Part shown: positions 17,073 through 26,505 of the stretch, piece after piece
Numbering within the stretch: the first letter of the stretch is position 1
Layout of the letters: each line of letters starts with the position of its first letter
Origin: Candidatus Paracaedimonas acanthamoebae
GTDB taxonomy: Bacteria; Pseudomonadota; Alphaproteobacteria; Caedimonadales; Caedimonadaceae
Direction of reading: 5' to 3'
NCBI GenBank assembly: GCA_000743035.1
Contig: CP008939.1
Span: 137,124 to 169,123, forward strand
Length of the DNA stretch: 32,000 nt
Made by a program: the position numbers and the translations under genes
Notes under the pieces: model-generated
The model's database searches: none
Seen by the model: only the letters and a program-made list of their open reading frames with translations
What the model was told of the DNA's origin: nothing

Positions 17073-18293
17073 TCAGGGGCGATAATCTGTTTTATTCTTT
17101 ATAATGGCATGAACAGTTCTTGCCATTTTAGCAGTTACAGCTGTATAGGCTTTACGTCTGAGGTCACGGTTGTCACGATCTCTTGCAATATAACGTTCAA
17201 ACTTATCTCGAAAGCTATTATTAACCTTGAGAATAGCAGTTTGAGAAGCCATCCAAAAAGTTCTTCTCAAGCGTGCATTACCATATTTTGATAATTTAGT
17301 TTGCCCTTTAAATAAGCCTGATTGATATGTTGCTAGATCAAGGCCACAATATTTAAGAAACTGGCGATGATGAGCAAAGCGCCTTAAATCTCCTGCTTCT
17401 GCAAGAATAGTTAGAGCATGGATAGGACCAATGCCTGGTACTTGCTTGAGTAGTTGATAGTCATTATTCTCCTTAAGGAGTGATTCCGCTTGGTTTTCAA
17501 TGATCTGCCTTTGCTTAATAAGGTTGAGAGCTTCTTGTAAGACAAGCTTGAACATCAGAATTGCTGGAGAGTCTATCGCTAAAGGAAGCCCCACAGAAGT
17601 CTTCGCTGTCTCATAGATATCTCCCAAAAGATTTTGCTTCGAGACTTTCCTTCCAACAATAGGCCAAGCTTCTTTAATAAAATCTTCTTTTAAAAGATGT
17701 GTAATACTCATTGGAGTTGGGAAATGATAAAGAAAGTTAATGAACCAAGTACTACGAGACTTCCCTTGAGAACGAGCAGCTTCTGGAAAATACAAAGGGA
17801 GGTAGTGCGTGAGGATGCGGTGCCAGGCCTCTGTTTTAGTTTTTGAGATAACTTCATGGGTTTTAGAAAGTTCTTGAAGATGAAGGATGTTGCCTTGTAA
17901 AGGATCATGATAATGCTGAGTTATATTAGCTTTAAGCATATAGAGGATCACTTGGGCATCTTTGGGATCATTCTTATCCCAACTATTATGAAGAACTTCT
18001 CTTGTTCGCGCCAACGCAACAGAGTAGATGAGTTTTAAGTGAAATTCTTCTGTTAGAAGGCGCCAAGCTAGACACCGATGATAGTTCCCTGTTGCTTCAA
18101 ATCCAACAATAACCTTTGTATTAAAAGCATGAAGATAATTTATTAAAAGGTCATAATCTTCTTGAATGTTCCTTATAACCATCCTTTTACGCTTTACCTT
18201 ATCAGGGAACTCGATAAGAATATCATGGCGTTCCTTAGAAATATCAATTGCTACTAAAATAGATGGCTCTGCATTAGTATAAGAATTAGTCAT
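17073..18293 (-). CDS. IS110-family transposase (second, unrelated copy)
   Basis: LVAIDISKERHDILI, GFEATGNYH and DKNDPKDAQVI form the DEDD N-terminal domain. VPGIGPIHALTILAEAGDLRRF...KYGNARLRR is the Transposase_20 region. The stop codon tga is formed by the last 3 nt (tca, 17073-17075) of the adjacent IS3 end. Confidence 0.9.
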   Translation of the reverse strand: MTNSYTNAEPSILVAIDISKERHDILIEFPDKVKRKRMVIRNIQEDYDLLINYLHAFNTKVIVGFEATGNYHRCLAWRLLTEEFHLKLIYSVALARTREVLHNSWDKNDPKDAQVILYMLKANITQHYHDPLQGNILHLQELSKTHEVISKTKTEAWHRILTHYLPLYFPEAARSQGKSRSTWFINFLYHFPTPMSITHLLKEDFIKEAWPIVGRKVSKQNLLGDIYETAKTSVGLPLAIDSPAILMFKLVLQEALNLIKQRQIIENQAESLLKENNDYQLLKQVPGIGPIHALTILAEAGDLRRFAHHRQFLKYCGLDLATYQSGLFKGQTKLSKYGNARLRRTFWMASQTAILKVNNSFRDKFERYIARDRDNRDLRRKAYTAVTAKMARTVHAIIKNKTDYRP

Positions 18294-18384
18294 AATAAGC
18301 TCCTTTAAATGTTAATCACAAATACAACTTTAAAGGTTCACACGCTTATTATGGCTACTTTATTAATCTTCCTTCTCAACGTAC

Positions 18385-18747
18385 TACGGCAGCGAATTTA
18401 GAGCTCAAGTTCTAAAAGACTGGCTTTAGAGCCTGAACGTTAAAACAGCTTATATAGAGCCAAGCTCTCCTTGGGAGAATGGCTACAATGAAAGCTTTAA
18501 TGGAAAATTGCGAGATGAGATTCTTAATGGAGAAGTATTTTACACCCTCAAAGAAGCTCAAGTGCGCATAGAAAAATGGAGACAGCATTACAACCATGTA
18601 AGACCTCATTCATCCCTAGAATATAGACCACCTGCTCCTTTAGTTCATATCAGCCATCCAAATAAACAAACACAAAACCAAGAGATTATGACCTATAACA
18701 AGGAAGAAAATATTAACCAAAATACAAATTTAAATCTGGATCTTTAA
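18385..18747 (+). pseudogene. 3' fragment of an rve-type (integrase-core) IS transposase with an internal stop
   Basis: [84 protein letters not shown]. The stop is at 18427-18429. The 5' part is missing at the IS110 junction. Confidence 0.7.
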
Positions 18748-18768
18748 TCGGGACCTGGACAACCTTAG

Positions 18769-18784
18769 ACACAGTATCACAACC
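18769..18784 (+). repeat. Right terminal IR of the rve-type IS (acacagtatcacaacc)
   Basis: It is the exact reverse complement of ggttgtgatactgtgt at 21570-21585, and 15/16 identical to 26962-26977. It lies 22 nt after the transposase stop. Confidence 0.55.
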
Positions 18785-18850
18785 GTTTGATGTCCTATTA
18801 ACCTTTAAGGTGGTAGCACTAGAGCCCAATCTTGAGTAGGAGTTTCTACT

Positions 18851-19843
18851 TTATCCTTTGGTTGTATGAGCACGCTTTCTACTAGGGTGAGTAATACATG
18901 TCTGGAGCAATTCTGGGGTTTCAGAACTTTTATTTACAATACTGCTTTTTTGCTTAGCATCTAATAGTTTTGTCTCAAAAAGGGTAAGCTGAGAGATCGT
19001 CAACTTTCCTTCTCCAGCGACCCAATAAATTTCGGAACCTACTATATCTAATAAATTCTTCATATTTTGTAGATGGCTAGCTACCATCATGGGATCATGT
19101 CTCCTTATAGAGTGCTTACCATGCAGGTAGCTCATCCCTCGAATGTACATTTCCTCAAGCTGTGCTAAATCTCCTTTAAGAACGAGGTTATATTTCTCAT
19201 TTTCCTCATTAATGGTGCCAGAACTTATATGCTCTTCAATGGTTCTCTTAACCATATTAAAATATCTTATTCTATCTTCCCAATCCTTCTCAATGGTTTC
19301 TGGACTAAGATTATGTTGCTTGGTGAGTACTGTATTGATGCTTGGTGCACTAATTTCAGTATTCTTTGCAGATTTAGAACGGCTGCCTTTGCTTCCTTTT
19401 TGACTTTTATTTATCTTGTTATTTGGAAGGTCCTCAACAGATTCGCGAGACCTTAGTAGCCTAAATAAATTGCGAGGAGATTTAGGAGAGGGTGAAGGAA
19501 TAATTGCTGACGCGCTTGCCCCAGTACTAGGAGAGCTCTTTTGTATACGAGAAACTTTAGGTAATTGCTCCATAGATTTGCTACGCTGAAAAATCTTTGA
19601 AATCTTTCTGACATGTCCTGGAGAAGACGAAATAGTTTCATTTGATTTTTGAGGCTCACTACTTTTAGAAAGTGAAGATGTTGGGATGCTGTTAATCTCT
19701 TCAAACATTCTTACTTTTTCTCTTACTGATCTATTACGGGCGTGTACCACGCTTCCTGTTTCTTCTCCTATCTTAGAAGCAAGAGCGCAATAACCTGCTA
19801 AAAATTTAGATATTAACAATAACAAGGTAAATTTCTTCATCAT
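18851..19843 (-). CDS. Secreted Ser/Pro/Lys-rich protein of unknown function
   Basis: Signal-peptide-like N-terminus MMKKFTLLLLISKFLAGYCALA, a low-complexity S/P/K-rich middle part and a structured C-terminal third. No recognisable family. Confidence 0.55.
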   Translation of the reverse strand: MMKKFTLLLLISKFLAGYCALASKIGEETGSVVHARNRSVREKVRMFEEINSIPTSSLSKSSEPQKSNETISSSPGHVRKISKIFQRSKSMEQLPKVSRIQKSSPSTGASASAIIPSPSPKSPRNLFRLLRSRESVEDLPNNKINKSQKGSKGSRSKSAKNTEISAPSINTVLTKQHNLSPETIEKDWEDRIRYFNMVKRTIEEHISSGTINEENEKYNLVLKGDLAQLEEMYIRGMSYLHGKHSIRRHDPMMVASHLQNMKNLLDIVGSEIYWVAGEGKLTISQLTLFETKLLDAKQKSSIVNKSSETPELLQTCITHPSRKRAHTTKG

Positions 19844-20013
19844 AAAACTTCTACAATATTTTAGGTATTAAGATTAGTAAAATAAGGCACCAGCCTAGAA
19901 TCTCTCGAAAAAGAAATGCTGCCGATTAGTAATAATTTTAGCCTTATATGGAAAATAGCAACAATCTTTGCTACAAAGCAATAGATTTTTTATAACCTAT
20001 GCTTTACGGAACT

Positions 20014-21085
20014 CGGCGTTGTTGCTTAATTCTGATTTAGATTTTATATTTGAGTAAGATTTAGATCATTATCGAGGGATTGATGATTAAAAATTTTACA
20101 AGTAAAAAGAAGAAGTATAGAATCACGAACTGGCGGGAGTACAATAAAGCTCTTAGAACAAGAGGTTCTTTGACATTCTGGTTTAGTGAGGATTTTGAAA
20201 AGGGATGGTTTGCAACTTTAGATGACAAGCACCAGCGAGGACGTCCTTTTACTTATTCTAATACTTGCATTACGCTGATACTCACCTTACGACATGTTTT
20301 TAAATTTGCTTTAAGACAACTGACAGGCTTTGTTGACTCTTTACTAAAAATGATGGGAAAGACTTTACCTGTGCCTGAATTTAGTCGGTTATCAAAAAGA
20401 GCAACTGATCCTTTATCGTGTATGTGTCTTTCTTCTTTAAAAGAAGAAGGCCATATTGTTATTGATTCCTCAGGTCTTAAAGTCTTTGGGGAGAGAGAAT
20501 GGCTAGAGACTAAGTATGGGAAACAATATCAACGGAAAGTATGGAGGAAGCTTCATATTGGAATTAATGATAATGGTGAGATTATAGCAAAAGAACTTAC
20601 CGATCATTTAACGGATGATAGAGCTTGTGTTGACTCTTTATTACAGCAAGCAGGGATTAGATTTATTGATGAACTGTTAGCTGATGGTGGGTACGACAGT
20701 CATAAGATTTACCAAAGCTCAGAAGTTCAACAAATCAAATCTATTGTTCCACCTCCCACTCATGCAGTTATTTCCTGTAACTCAAATCCAACCCAAAGAG
20801 ATCAAACAATCGACTATATTAAGAAGAAAGGATATTGGGCTTGGTATCATAAGAATGACTATGGTCGCAGGAATAAAGTTGAGAATAGTTTTTACAGACT
20901 AAAGACCATTTTTGGCAGAAAACTTCGTTCAAGGAATTGGAAGAATCAACAGGCAGAGACCCATTTGATTTGTTGTCTCCTTAACAAAATGACTCAAGCA
21001 GGTATGCCAAAGTCAGTGAAAGCAGTTTGAAAAATACATCTTAAGGATAATTTTACTCTCCTAAATGATTTAAGCCACAAAGCCG
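20014..21085 (+). mobile_element. IS5-family (IS903-group-like) insertion sequence, about 1072 bp
   Basis: Imperfect 16-bp IRs cggcgttgttgcttaa (20014-20029) and ttaagccacaaagccg (21070-21085), matching at 14/16 and resembling the IS903 IR GGCTTTGTTG. The flanking 9-mers differ, so no TSD is seen. Confidence 0.8.
20083..21030 (+). CDS. IS5-family (IS903 group) DDE transposase
   Basis: YRITNWREYNKALRTRGSLTFWF, IDSSGLKVFGEREW, LADGGYDS and NKVENSFYRLKTIFG are IS903-type motifs. The ATG is at 20083; the track start at 20080 is TTG. Confidence 0.9.
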   Translation: MIKNFTSKKKKYRITNWREYNKALRTRGSLTFWFSEDFEKGWFATLDDKHQRGRPFTYSNTCITLILTLRHVFKFALRQLTGFVDSLLKMMGKTLPVPEFSRLSKRATDPLSCMCLSSLKEEGHIVIDSSGLKVFGEREWLETKYGKQYQRKVWRKLHIGINDNGEIIAKELTDHLTDDRACVDSLLQQAGIRFIDELLADGGYDSHKIYQSSEVQQIKSIVPPPTHAVISCNSNPTQRDQTIDYIKKKGYWAWYHKNDYGRRNKVENSFYRLKTIFGRKLRSRNWKNQQAETHLICCLLNKMTQAGMPKSVKAV

Positions 21086-21569
21086 CATAAAATCACCTCA
21101 TCTAGTATGATAAACATGGTTTTTAACCAACCTTGTAAAATGCATGATCACTCAATATTGAGGTCATAAGATACCGTTCGGTTTTAAAACCAATAATAGA
21201 TAGAGAGAGTTAATTCTTTATGACGTGCTCAAGTGGCACAAGGAACGTAACGACTTCTCTCTACCTTTATCAGTATATTAGCTTCACATACTGATCTCTT
21301 ATAGAGATACAAGGTACGTAAAGTACCACAGAGATTTTCTATAACCATTAAGAGGCCTTTCTTTGCCGCGATTTTATGTTGCCTGTTTTTCCAATAGCTT
21401 CAAACGGTTATTTTCTGGGGTACAATTCCGATAGAATCTTTACGATTTTCTTCAGAAAATCGTATTCACCAAGCATGTTAATATGCGCCCATATAATAAT
21501 AGAATGGCTGGAAATAATGTTGAGTAATTACTCTTTGTCCTCGTCGTCGATCATCCGTTTTAGCTTATA

Positions 21570-21603
21570 GGTTGTGATACTGTGTTAAGTATCAAGGATT
21601 ATT
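21570..21603 (+). repeat. Solo left end of the rve-type IS
   Basis: ggttgtgatactgtgttaagtatcaaggatta... is about 30/34 identical to the reverse complement of 26944-26977. No transposase gene follows. Confidence 0.5.
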
Positions 21604-22176
21604 AAGGGGTAAAAGCTGCCGCCTATAAGCGACCTACGACATTTTAGAGTGTTTTTAATATAACACTTTTTTTATGAGTAGGTAAGTTAAATGGTTTATT
21701 TTAAATAATAGCTTGCTACACTTACAAATGTCATAATAAAGATTATAGAAAATAATAGGTAGAAAAGGAAAAATATTTTTAAAATTTTATATATAAATTT
21801 ATGCGTATGATGAAGGATTAACTTATTAAAAGAAAATAGGAAATCTTAGGGCCTGAAATAAGAATTCTACTTCAATCTCGTCAATACTTTTATCATTAAG
21901 AAGCTCTTCCAAATCAGAATGATCTTGATCAACATTATATTTTAATTTTCAGGCTAATTTTTCCGCTCTTTAAATAATATAGACAAAAGAAAATTTAAGG
22001 AGAAAAATATTAAATAACTTTAAATAATTAAAAGATTTATAAATATGATAACAAAAATATTTTCTTTTATCCCTATAAAATTGCAAATTTTTTTAAAAAA
22101 TAGTTAAGTTAATATTTATATGTTAGATTATAGCGTGGTAAAATAATACTTAAAATTAATTAAGATAAAGTTTATT

Positions 22177-22752
22177 ATGAAATCATTATTTATGAAGCGT
22201 TTAAAAGCTGAGACTATGCAAGCTCACTTATTAATTGAGAAAACGATTAACATAAAAAAGCAACTTCAAACAATTCAATCTTATATTAAACTTTTAGAAA
22301 AATTTTATGGATTCTACTATCCAATAAATAGTATTTTGAATACTAATATTTCATATTCAATAAATAAGAATTTTTCTAATCAAGAAAAAAATATTGAATG
22401 GCTCACTCAAGATTTAATATTTTTTGATAAAAGTAAAAAAGAAATATTCTTATTGCCTTTGTGTACAAATCTTCCTTTATTAAATAGTAAAAATAGTATA
22501 TTAGGATGTTTATATGTATTAGAAGGCTCTCATTTAGGAGGCACTATTATTTCAAAACTTCTTAAAAATTTGTTAAATATATTACCTTCTTCTGGTGGAA
22601 GGTACTTTTATAATTATGGAAATCAGCTAAGTGCACGATGGCAAGAATATGCGGAATATTTAACAATGAATGCTCTCAATACTAGTGACCAAGAAGAAAT
22701 TATTAATGCTGCAAATTTAACATTTAAAAAATTTCAAAGTTGGTTTGATTGA
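22177..22752 (+). CDS. bphO: Heme oxygenase (BphO-type, biliverdin-producing)
   Basis: LKAETMQAHLLIE...YIKLLEKFYGFYYP...LGCLYVLEGSHLGGTII fits the heme-oxygenase family pattern. It overlaps the downstream phytochrome gene by 4 nt. Confidence 0.75.
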   Translation: MKSLFMKRLKAETMQAHLLIEKTINIKKQLQTIQSYIKLLEKFYGFYYPINSILNTNISYSINKNFSNQEKNIEWLTQDLIFFDKSKKEIFLLPLCTNLPLLNSKNSILGCLYVLEGSHLGGTIISKLLKNLLNILPSSGGRYFYNYGNQLSARWQEYAEYLTMNALNTSDQEEIINAANLTFKKFQSWFD

Positions 22753-24992
22753 TATTTTCAAAAGCGTATTCTTTAAAGAATTGTGAAGTTAATCTTAATA
22801 ATTGCGATAATGAGCCTGTTCATACACCTGGATGTATCCAAGAGTTTGGAAGCTTAATTGTAATTCATCCAGAAACTTATAAAATTATTCAAATAAGCGA
22901 TAATGCTTTTCAATGGTTTGGTAAAGAACCCAGGTTACTCCTTAATATATCTTTATCACACTTAATAGGTAAAAATAACTTAGATCAGCTTAAAAAGTTA
23001 TTTAATGATAAACAAATCGAAGAACTCCCTCGATATGTTTTTACATTACATCTAGGAGAGAAATATCTAGATTTTTTAGCTCATTATTATGACGGACTTA
23101 TTATTTTAGAATGTGAAGAAGCTGACATTAATGAAAATGATAATATTTATGATAAAGTAAATGTTATTACAAAAAAATTGTTAACGACAACAACTTTAAA
23201 AGAATTTTCTCAAATTCTAGTAAAAGAAATGCGTAATTTAACGTCACTTGATCGTGTTATGCTTTACAAGTTTCATGAAGATTTAAGCGGAGAAGTTATT
23301 GCTGAAGCCAAAAATAATGGCTTACATAGTTACTTATCATTGCGTTACCCTGCAGAAGATATTCCTAAACCTGCGCGAGACATTTTTAAAAAAATATGGA
23401 TTCGTCCGCTTCCAAATGTATTTTATAAACAGTCAGAGCTTATTCCTTTACTTAATCCTTCTACAAAAAAGCCCCTTGATATGACTTATGCTTTTCTTAG
23501 AGGTGCTTCTGTTATGTATACGGATTATTTAAAAAATATGTCTGTCCATATGTCTCTAACATTATCAATTATTATTGATGGAGAATTATGGGGACTTATT
23601 GCTTGTCATCATAATTCAATGAAAAGCATTTCTTGGGCCAAACGAGCAGCATGTGAACTATTGGCACAATTTTCTTCCTTACAACTAAAAAATGTCGAAA
23701 ATTCAGAAAATAAAATATACCGTAAAAAACTCGAAAGTGTAAAAAACTTGTTAATACAAAAAATATCTAAGAGCAATTCACTCGTTACTGACATTATTCA
23801 AGAAAACATATTAAACGGTTACATAAATGCAAGTGGCGTTAGTATTTTTGAAAATGGCAAATTAAGTAGTTATGGTATTACCCCCACACATGATCAATTA
23901 AATGAACTTTATTCTTATTTAATAAGCGTATTTGCACAAAAGAATTCAAATATCTTTTATACTCAATCAATAGGAAAAATCCTTATTGAAGCGAAACAAT
24001 ATAAAGATATTGCTAGTGGTATATTAGCTATAACTTTTTCTAGAAATCACGAAAATATGATTATTTGGTTTAGAAAAGAATTATTGCAAATTGTAAATTG
24101 GGCTGGTGATCCTTATACTAAACCCTTAGAGAATAGCACATTTGGGAAGCGCTTATTACCCCGCACATCTTTTGCCCTTTGGCAGGAAACTGTGCGAGGA
24201 CATTCTGAAATTTGGCAGAATGCTGAAATTGAGGCTGTACTTAATTTAAGAGAAGCTCTAATTGAAAGTTTGGCATCACGTGCTCAAGAATTAAACCTTA
24301 TTAACAGTAAATTAGAACTAAGTAACAGCCAACTTGATGCTTTTGCTCATAGCGTATCTCATGACTTACGTGAACCTTTAAGAGGGATCAACTATTATGC
24401 ACAATTTCTTAAAGAAAAAATTACAACTTATTTAGATACTGAATCCCTTAATTATATCGAAAATCTAATGAAACTTGCAAAAAGGATGAGCAATTTAATA
24501 GAATCTTTATTATTTTTTTCGCAGCTACAGCATATACAAATCGATTCGAAAAAAGTTGATATGAAGAAAATTGTACAGGAATCGTTAGATAATCTTATTG
24601 TTTCAATAAATGAAAAAAATGCTGAAGTAAGTGTCCAAGATTCTTTACCTCATGCAATTGGTGAAGAATTTTTTATTAAAGTTATTTGGATTAATTTAAT
24701 TAGCAATGCTCTAAAGTATAGTAATAGGCTAAATCCTAAAATTGAAATAGGAAGTCTCATTACACAAGAAGGTTTAACATATTATGTTAAAGATAATGGA
24801 ATAGGAATAGCTCAAGAACATCAAGAGATTATATTTAAGCTTTTTAAGAGAATACAAAGATTAGAAACAGATAGTGAAGGCAGTGGTGCGGGATTATCTT
24901 TAGCTAAACAAGCTATAGAACGTCATTCAGGAAAAATATGGCTAGAGAGCAAACTAGGTGAAGGCTCAATTTTTTATTTTACTTTAAACTAA
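22749..24992 (+). CDS. bphP: Bacteriophytochrome sensor histidine kinase (PAS-GAF-PHY-HisKA-HATPase)
   Basis: The N-terminal chromophore region LNNCDNEPVHTPGCIQEFGSLIV has Cys19 in the biliverdin-binding position. GAF motifs include RYPAEDIPKPARD and LWGLIACHH. The H-box is FAHSVSHDLREPLRGI. The ATPase G-boxes are DNGIGI and GSGAGLSLAKQ. The only in-frame start is the TTG at 22749. Confidence 0.9.
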   Translation: MIFSKAYSLKNCEVNLNNCDNEPVHTPGCIQEFGSLIVIHPETYKIIQISDNAFQWFGKEPRLLLNISLSHLIGKNNLDQLKKLFNDKQIEELPRYVFTLHLGEKYLDFLAHYYDGLIILECEEADINENDNIYDKVNVITKKLLTTTTLKEFSQILVKEMRNLTSLDRVMLYKFHEDLSGEVIAEAKNNGLHSYLSLRYPAEDIPKPARDIFKKIWIRPLPNVFYKQSELIPLLNPSTKKPLDMTYAFLRGASVMYTDYLKNMSVHMSLTLSIIIDGELWGLIACHHNSMKSISWAKRAACELLAQFSSLQLKNVENSENKIYRKKLESVKNLLIQKISKSNSLVTDIIQENILNGYINASGVSIFENGKLSSYGITPTHDQLNELYSYLISVFAQKNSNIFYTQSIGKILIEAKQYKDIASGILAITFSRNHENMIIWFRKELLQIVNWAGDPYTKPLENSTFGKRLLPRTSFALWQETVRGHSEIWQNAEIEAVLNLREALIESLASRAQELNLINSKLELSNSQLDAFAHSVSHDLREPLRGINYYAQFLKEKITTYLDTESLNYIENLMKLAKRMSNLIESLLFFSQLQHIQIDSKKVDMKKIVQESLDNLIVSINEKNAEVSVQDSLPHAIGEEFFIKVIWINLISNALKYSNRLNPKIEIGSLITQEGLTYYVKDNGIGIAQEHQEIIFKLFKRIQRLETDSEGSGAGLSLAKQAIERHSGKIWLESKLGEGSIFYFTLN

Positions 24993-25084
24993 ACTATATT
25001 TTTATAGTTAACGGAAAAATGTTTAATGCCAAAATTCGAACTTATGGCTGAATTGTAAAAGTTAACTTAACGATTTAGGTTAAT

Positions 25085-25344
25085 TTATTCTTCATCATGT
25101 CTTAACCAAGCATATAAATGTTGTGAAGCATATTTTTCAAGTGAACCCCTTAACTCTTGAGAAAACAGAGGAGATATTTTTTTAAGAGATCAAGAGGCTG
25201 CTCTTCATAGGCGGCACTTAAGTATTCTAATGACTCTGCAAAATTATGAGAAAGTCTTTCCATATCATAAATATCGATATTATCAAAAACTTGCTCTAAT
25301 TGAGGCCTGATCCTATCCCACTCATTTTCAATTTTATTAACATC
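25085..25344 (-). pseudogene. 3' remnant of an unknown gene, cut by IS982 and frameshifted in an A7 run
   Basis: My minus-strand translation from the IS982 boundary gives DVNKIENEWDRIRPQLEQVFDNIDIYDMERLSHNFAESLEYLSAAYEEQPLDLLKK. After a 1-nt shift it continues ISPLFSQELRGSLEKYASQHLYAWLRHDEE*. The family is not recognised. Confidence 0.3.
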
Positions 25345-26310
25345 ACCCGAGTTGCGTTTAAGGAGGCAGTTTGAGATATGAGAGGTATGAGGTATTCTCT
25401 ATTTGCAAAAAGATAGGGAGATACCTCATGGATATAGATTATGATAAGTTGTTTTATTTTGTCGATAATTTTTCGCAAGGTTTTGAACCTTGGTATCAGA
25501 GACAATTGCTTTCTGATCATTTGATAAAACGTCACAGAGAGGGGTATTTAAGATTATCGGAAGTGCTGACAATTTTAATTGCATATCATCAATCTGGGAT
25601 GGCTTGTTTTAAATACTTTTACCTGGACTTATACTGCCATCATCGCCATTTATTCCCCAAGCTTGTGCATTATTCGCGTTTCATTAAGCTCATCAAGCAA
25701 GCTTTTCCAGCTCTTGTTTGTTTACTCAAAAGTCTCTCAGGAGAGATTACAGAATACTTGTTTATTGATTCAACACCTATGGCTGTCTGCCATAATTTAC
25801 GGGAAAGACAGCACAAGGTTTTTAAAGGATTGGCAGCTAAAGGGAAAACTTTCACAGGATGGTTCTTTGGCCTGAAGATTCATCTGATCTTTAACACCCA
25901 TGGTGAAATTGTTCGTCTTGCGATCACTCCTGGAAATATTAATGACAAAACCCCTGTTAAAGACATGGTCAAAGGAATTACAGCCAAACTCATTGGCGAT
26001 AAAGGATATCTCTCTCGTAAGCTCTTCTCTCAATTATTTGAAAAGGGCATAACACTGATTACCAAAATTAAAAGAAATATGAAAAACATCCTGATGGATA
26101 CCGCAGATAAGCTCATGTTGATGAAAAGATCTTTTATTGAGACAATATTCTCTTCTCTCAAATCGCTTAATACCTTGATCCATCATAGACATCGTAATCC
26201 TATCAACGCTTTCGCTCATCTCTTGGCAGGACTCATCAATTATCAAATCAGAGACGATAAACCCTCTTTGCATAATCTCACAACTCTCATCCCTTAAACG
26301 CAACTCAGGT
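25345..26310 (+). mobile_element. IS982-family insertion sequence, intact, 966 bp
   Basis: Terminal IRs acccgagttgcgtttaagg (25345-25363) and ccttaaacgcaactcaggt (26292-26310) match at 18/19. It carries a single DDE transposase gene. Confidence 0.85.
25428..26297 (+). CDS. IS982-family DDE transposase
   Basis: LFYFVDNFSQGFEPW, IDSTPMAVCHN, GWFFGLKIHLIFN, IGDKGY and RSFIETIFSSLKSLNTLIHHRHRNPINAF are IS982-type motifs. I prefer the ATG at 25428 over the TTG at 25371. Confidence 0.9.
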   Translation: MDIDYDKLFYFVDNFSQGFEPWYQRQLLSDHLIKRHREGYLRLSEVLTILIAYHQSGMACFKYFYLDLYCHHRHLFPKLVHYSRFIKLIKQAFPALVCLLKSLSGEITEYLFIDSTPMAVCHNLRERQHKVFKGLAAKGKTFTGWFFGLKIHLIFNTHGEIVRLAITPGNINDKTPVKDMVKGITAKLIGDKGYLSRKLFSQLFEKGITLITKIKRNMKNILMDTADKLMLMKRSFIETIFSSLKSLNTLIHHRHRNPINAFAHLLAGLINYQIRDDKPSLHNLTTLIP

Positions 26311-26313
26311 TAT

Positions 26314-26410
26314 TTTTAAATTCTTTATCGTATTTCTGGGTCATGTTCTCTCCTTTCAATAACATTAACCCATCTCGGTTCCTTGTGTCCGCTTTATTGT
26401 AGCAAGATCA
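26314..26410 (-). repeat. Second copy of the IS3 left end (IR plus first codons of orfA), 97 bp identical to 16979-17075
   Basis: By direct comparison the two stretches are identical as far as I can read them. The copy is truncated internally by the IS982 right end. Confidence 0.85.
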
Positions 26411-26505
26411 CTTAGAGATTTTGTATTTTTATAAGACGTATGGAGGAAAAGAGCGATAGAAAGTTCTTTCTTAGAAACATCTATTCCTAATATACCTTCA
26501 TCCAT
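26411..26505 (-). pseudogene. N-terminal stub of an IS110-family transposase, cut by the IS3 end
   Basis: My minus-strand translation gives MDEGILGIDVSKKELSIALFLHTSYKNTKSL, containing the GIDVSK DEDD motif I. It then runs straight into the IS3 terminal IR at 26410. Confidence 0.55.

Larger units (their letters stand above)
14222..17075 (-). mobile_element. IS3-family insertion sequence (about 1255 bp of its own sequence) carrying a nested IS110-family element
   Basis: The ends are tgatcttgctaca... (14222) and ...tgtagcaagatca (17075), the TG..CA form typical of IS3. orfA (HTH) and orfB (rve/DDE) lie in the 0 and -1 frames. The flanking triplets differ (gtt versus ggg). Confidence 0.85.

Noticed and set aside
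21086-21569. Region between the IS5 element and the solo IS end, including ORF 21376..21570
   Set aside because: Only short stop-riddled frames are present; the minus frame reads WAHINMLGEYDFLKKIVKILSELYP. It is probably decayed sequence, and I could not assign it to any family.
21600-22176. Extremely AT-rich 570-bp spacer upstream of bphO, examined for CRISPR-like or tandem repeats
   Set aside because: There is only low-complexity A/T sequence with short imperfect repeats. It has no regular repeat-spacer periodicity. It is most simply a promoter or curved-DNA region.
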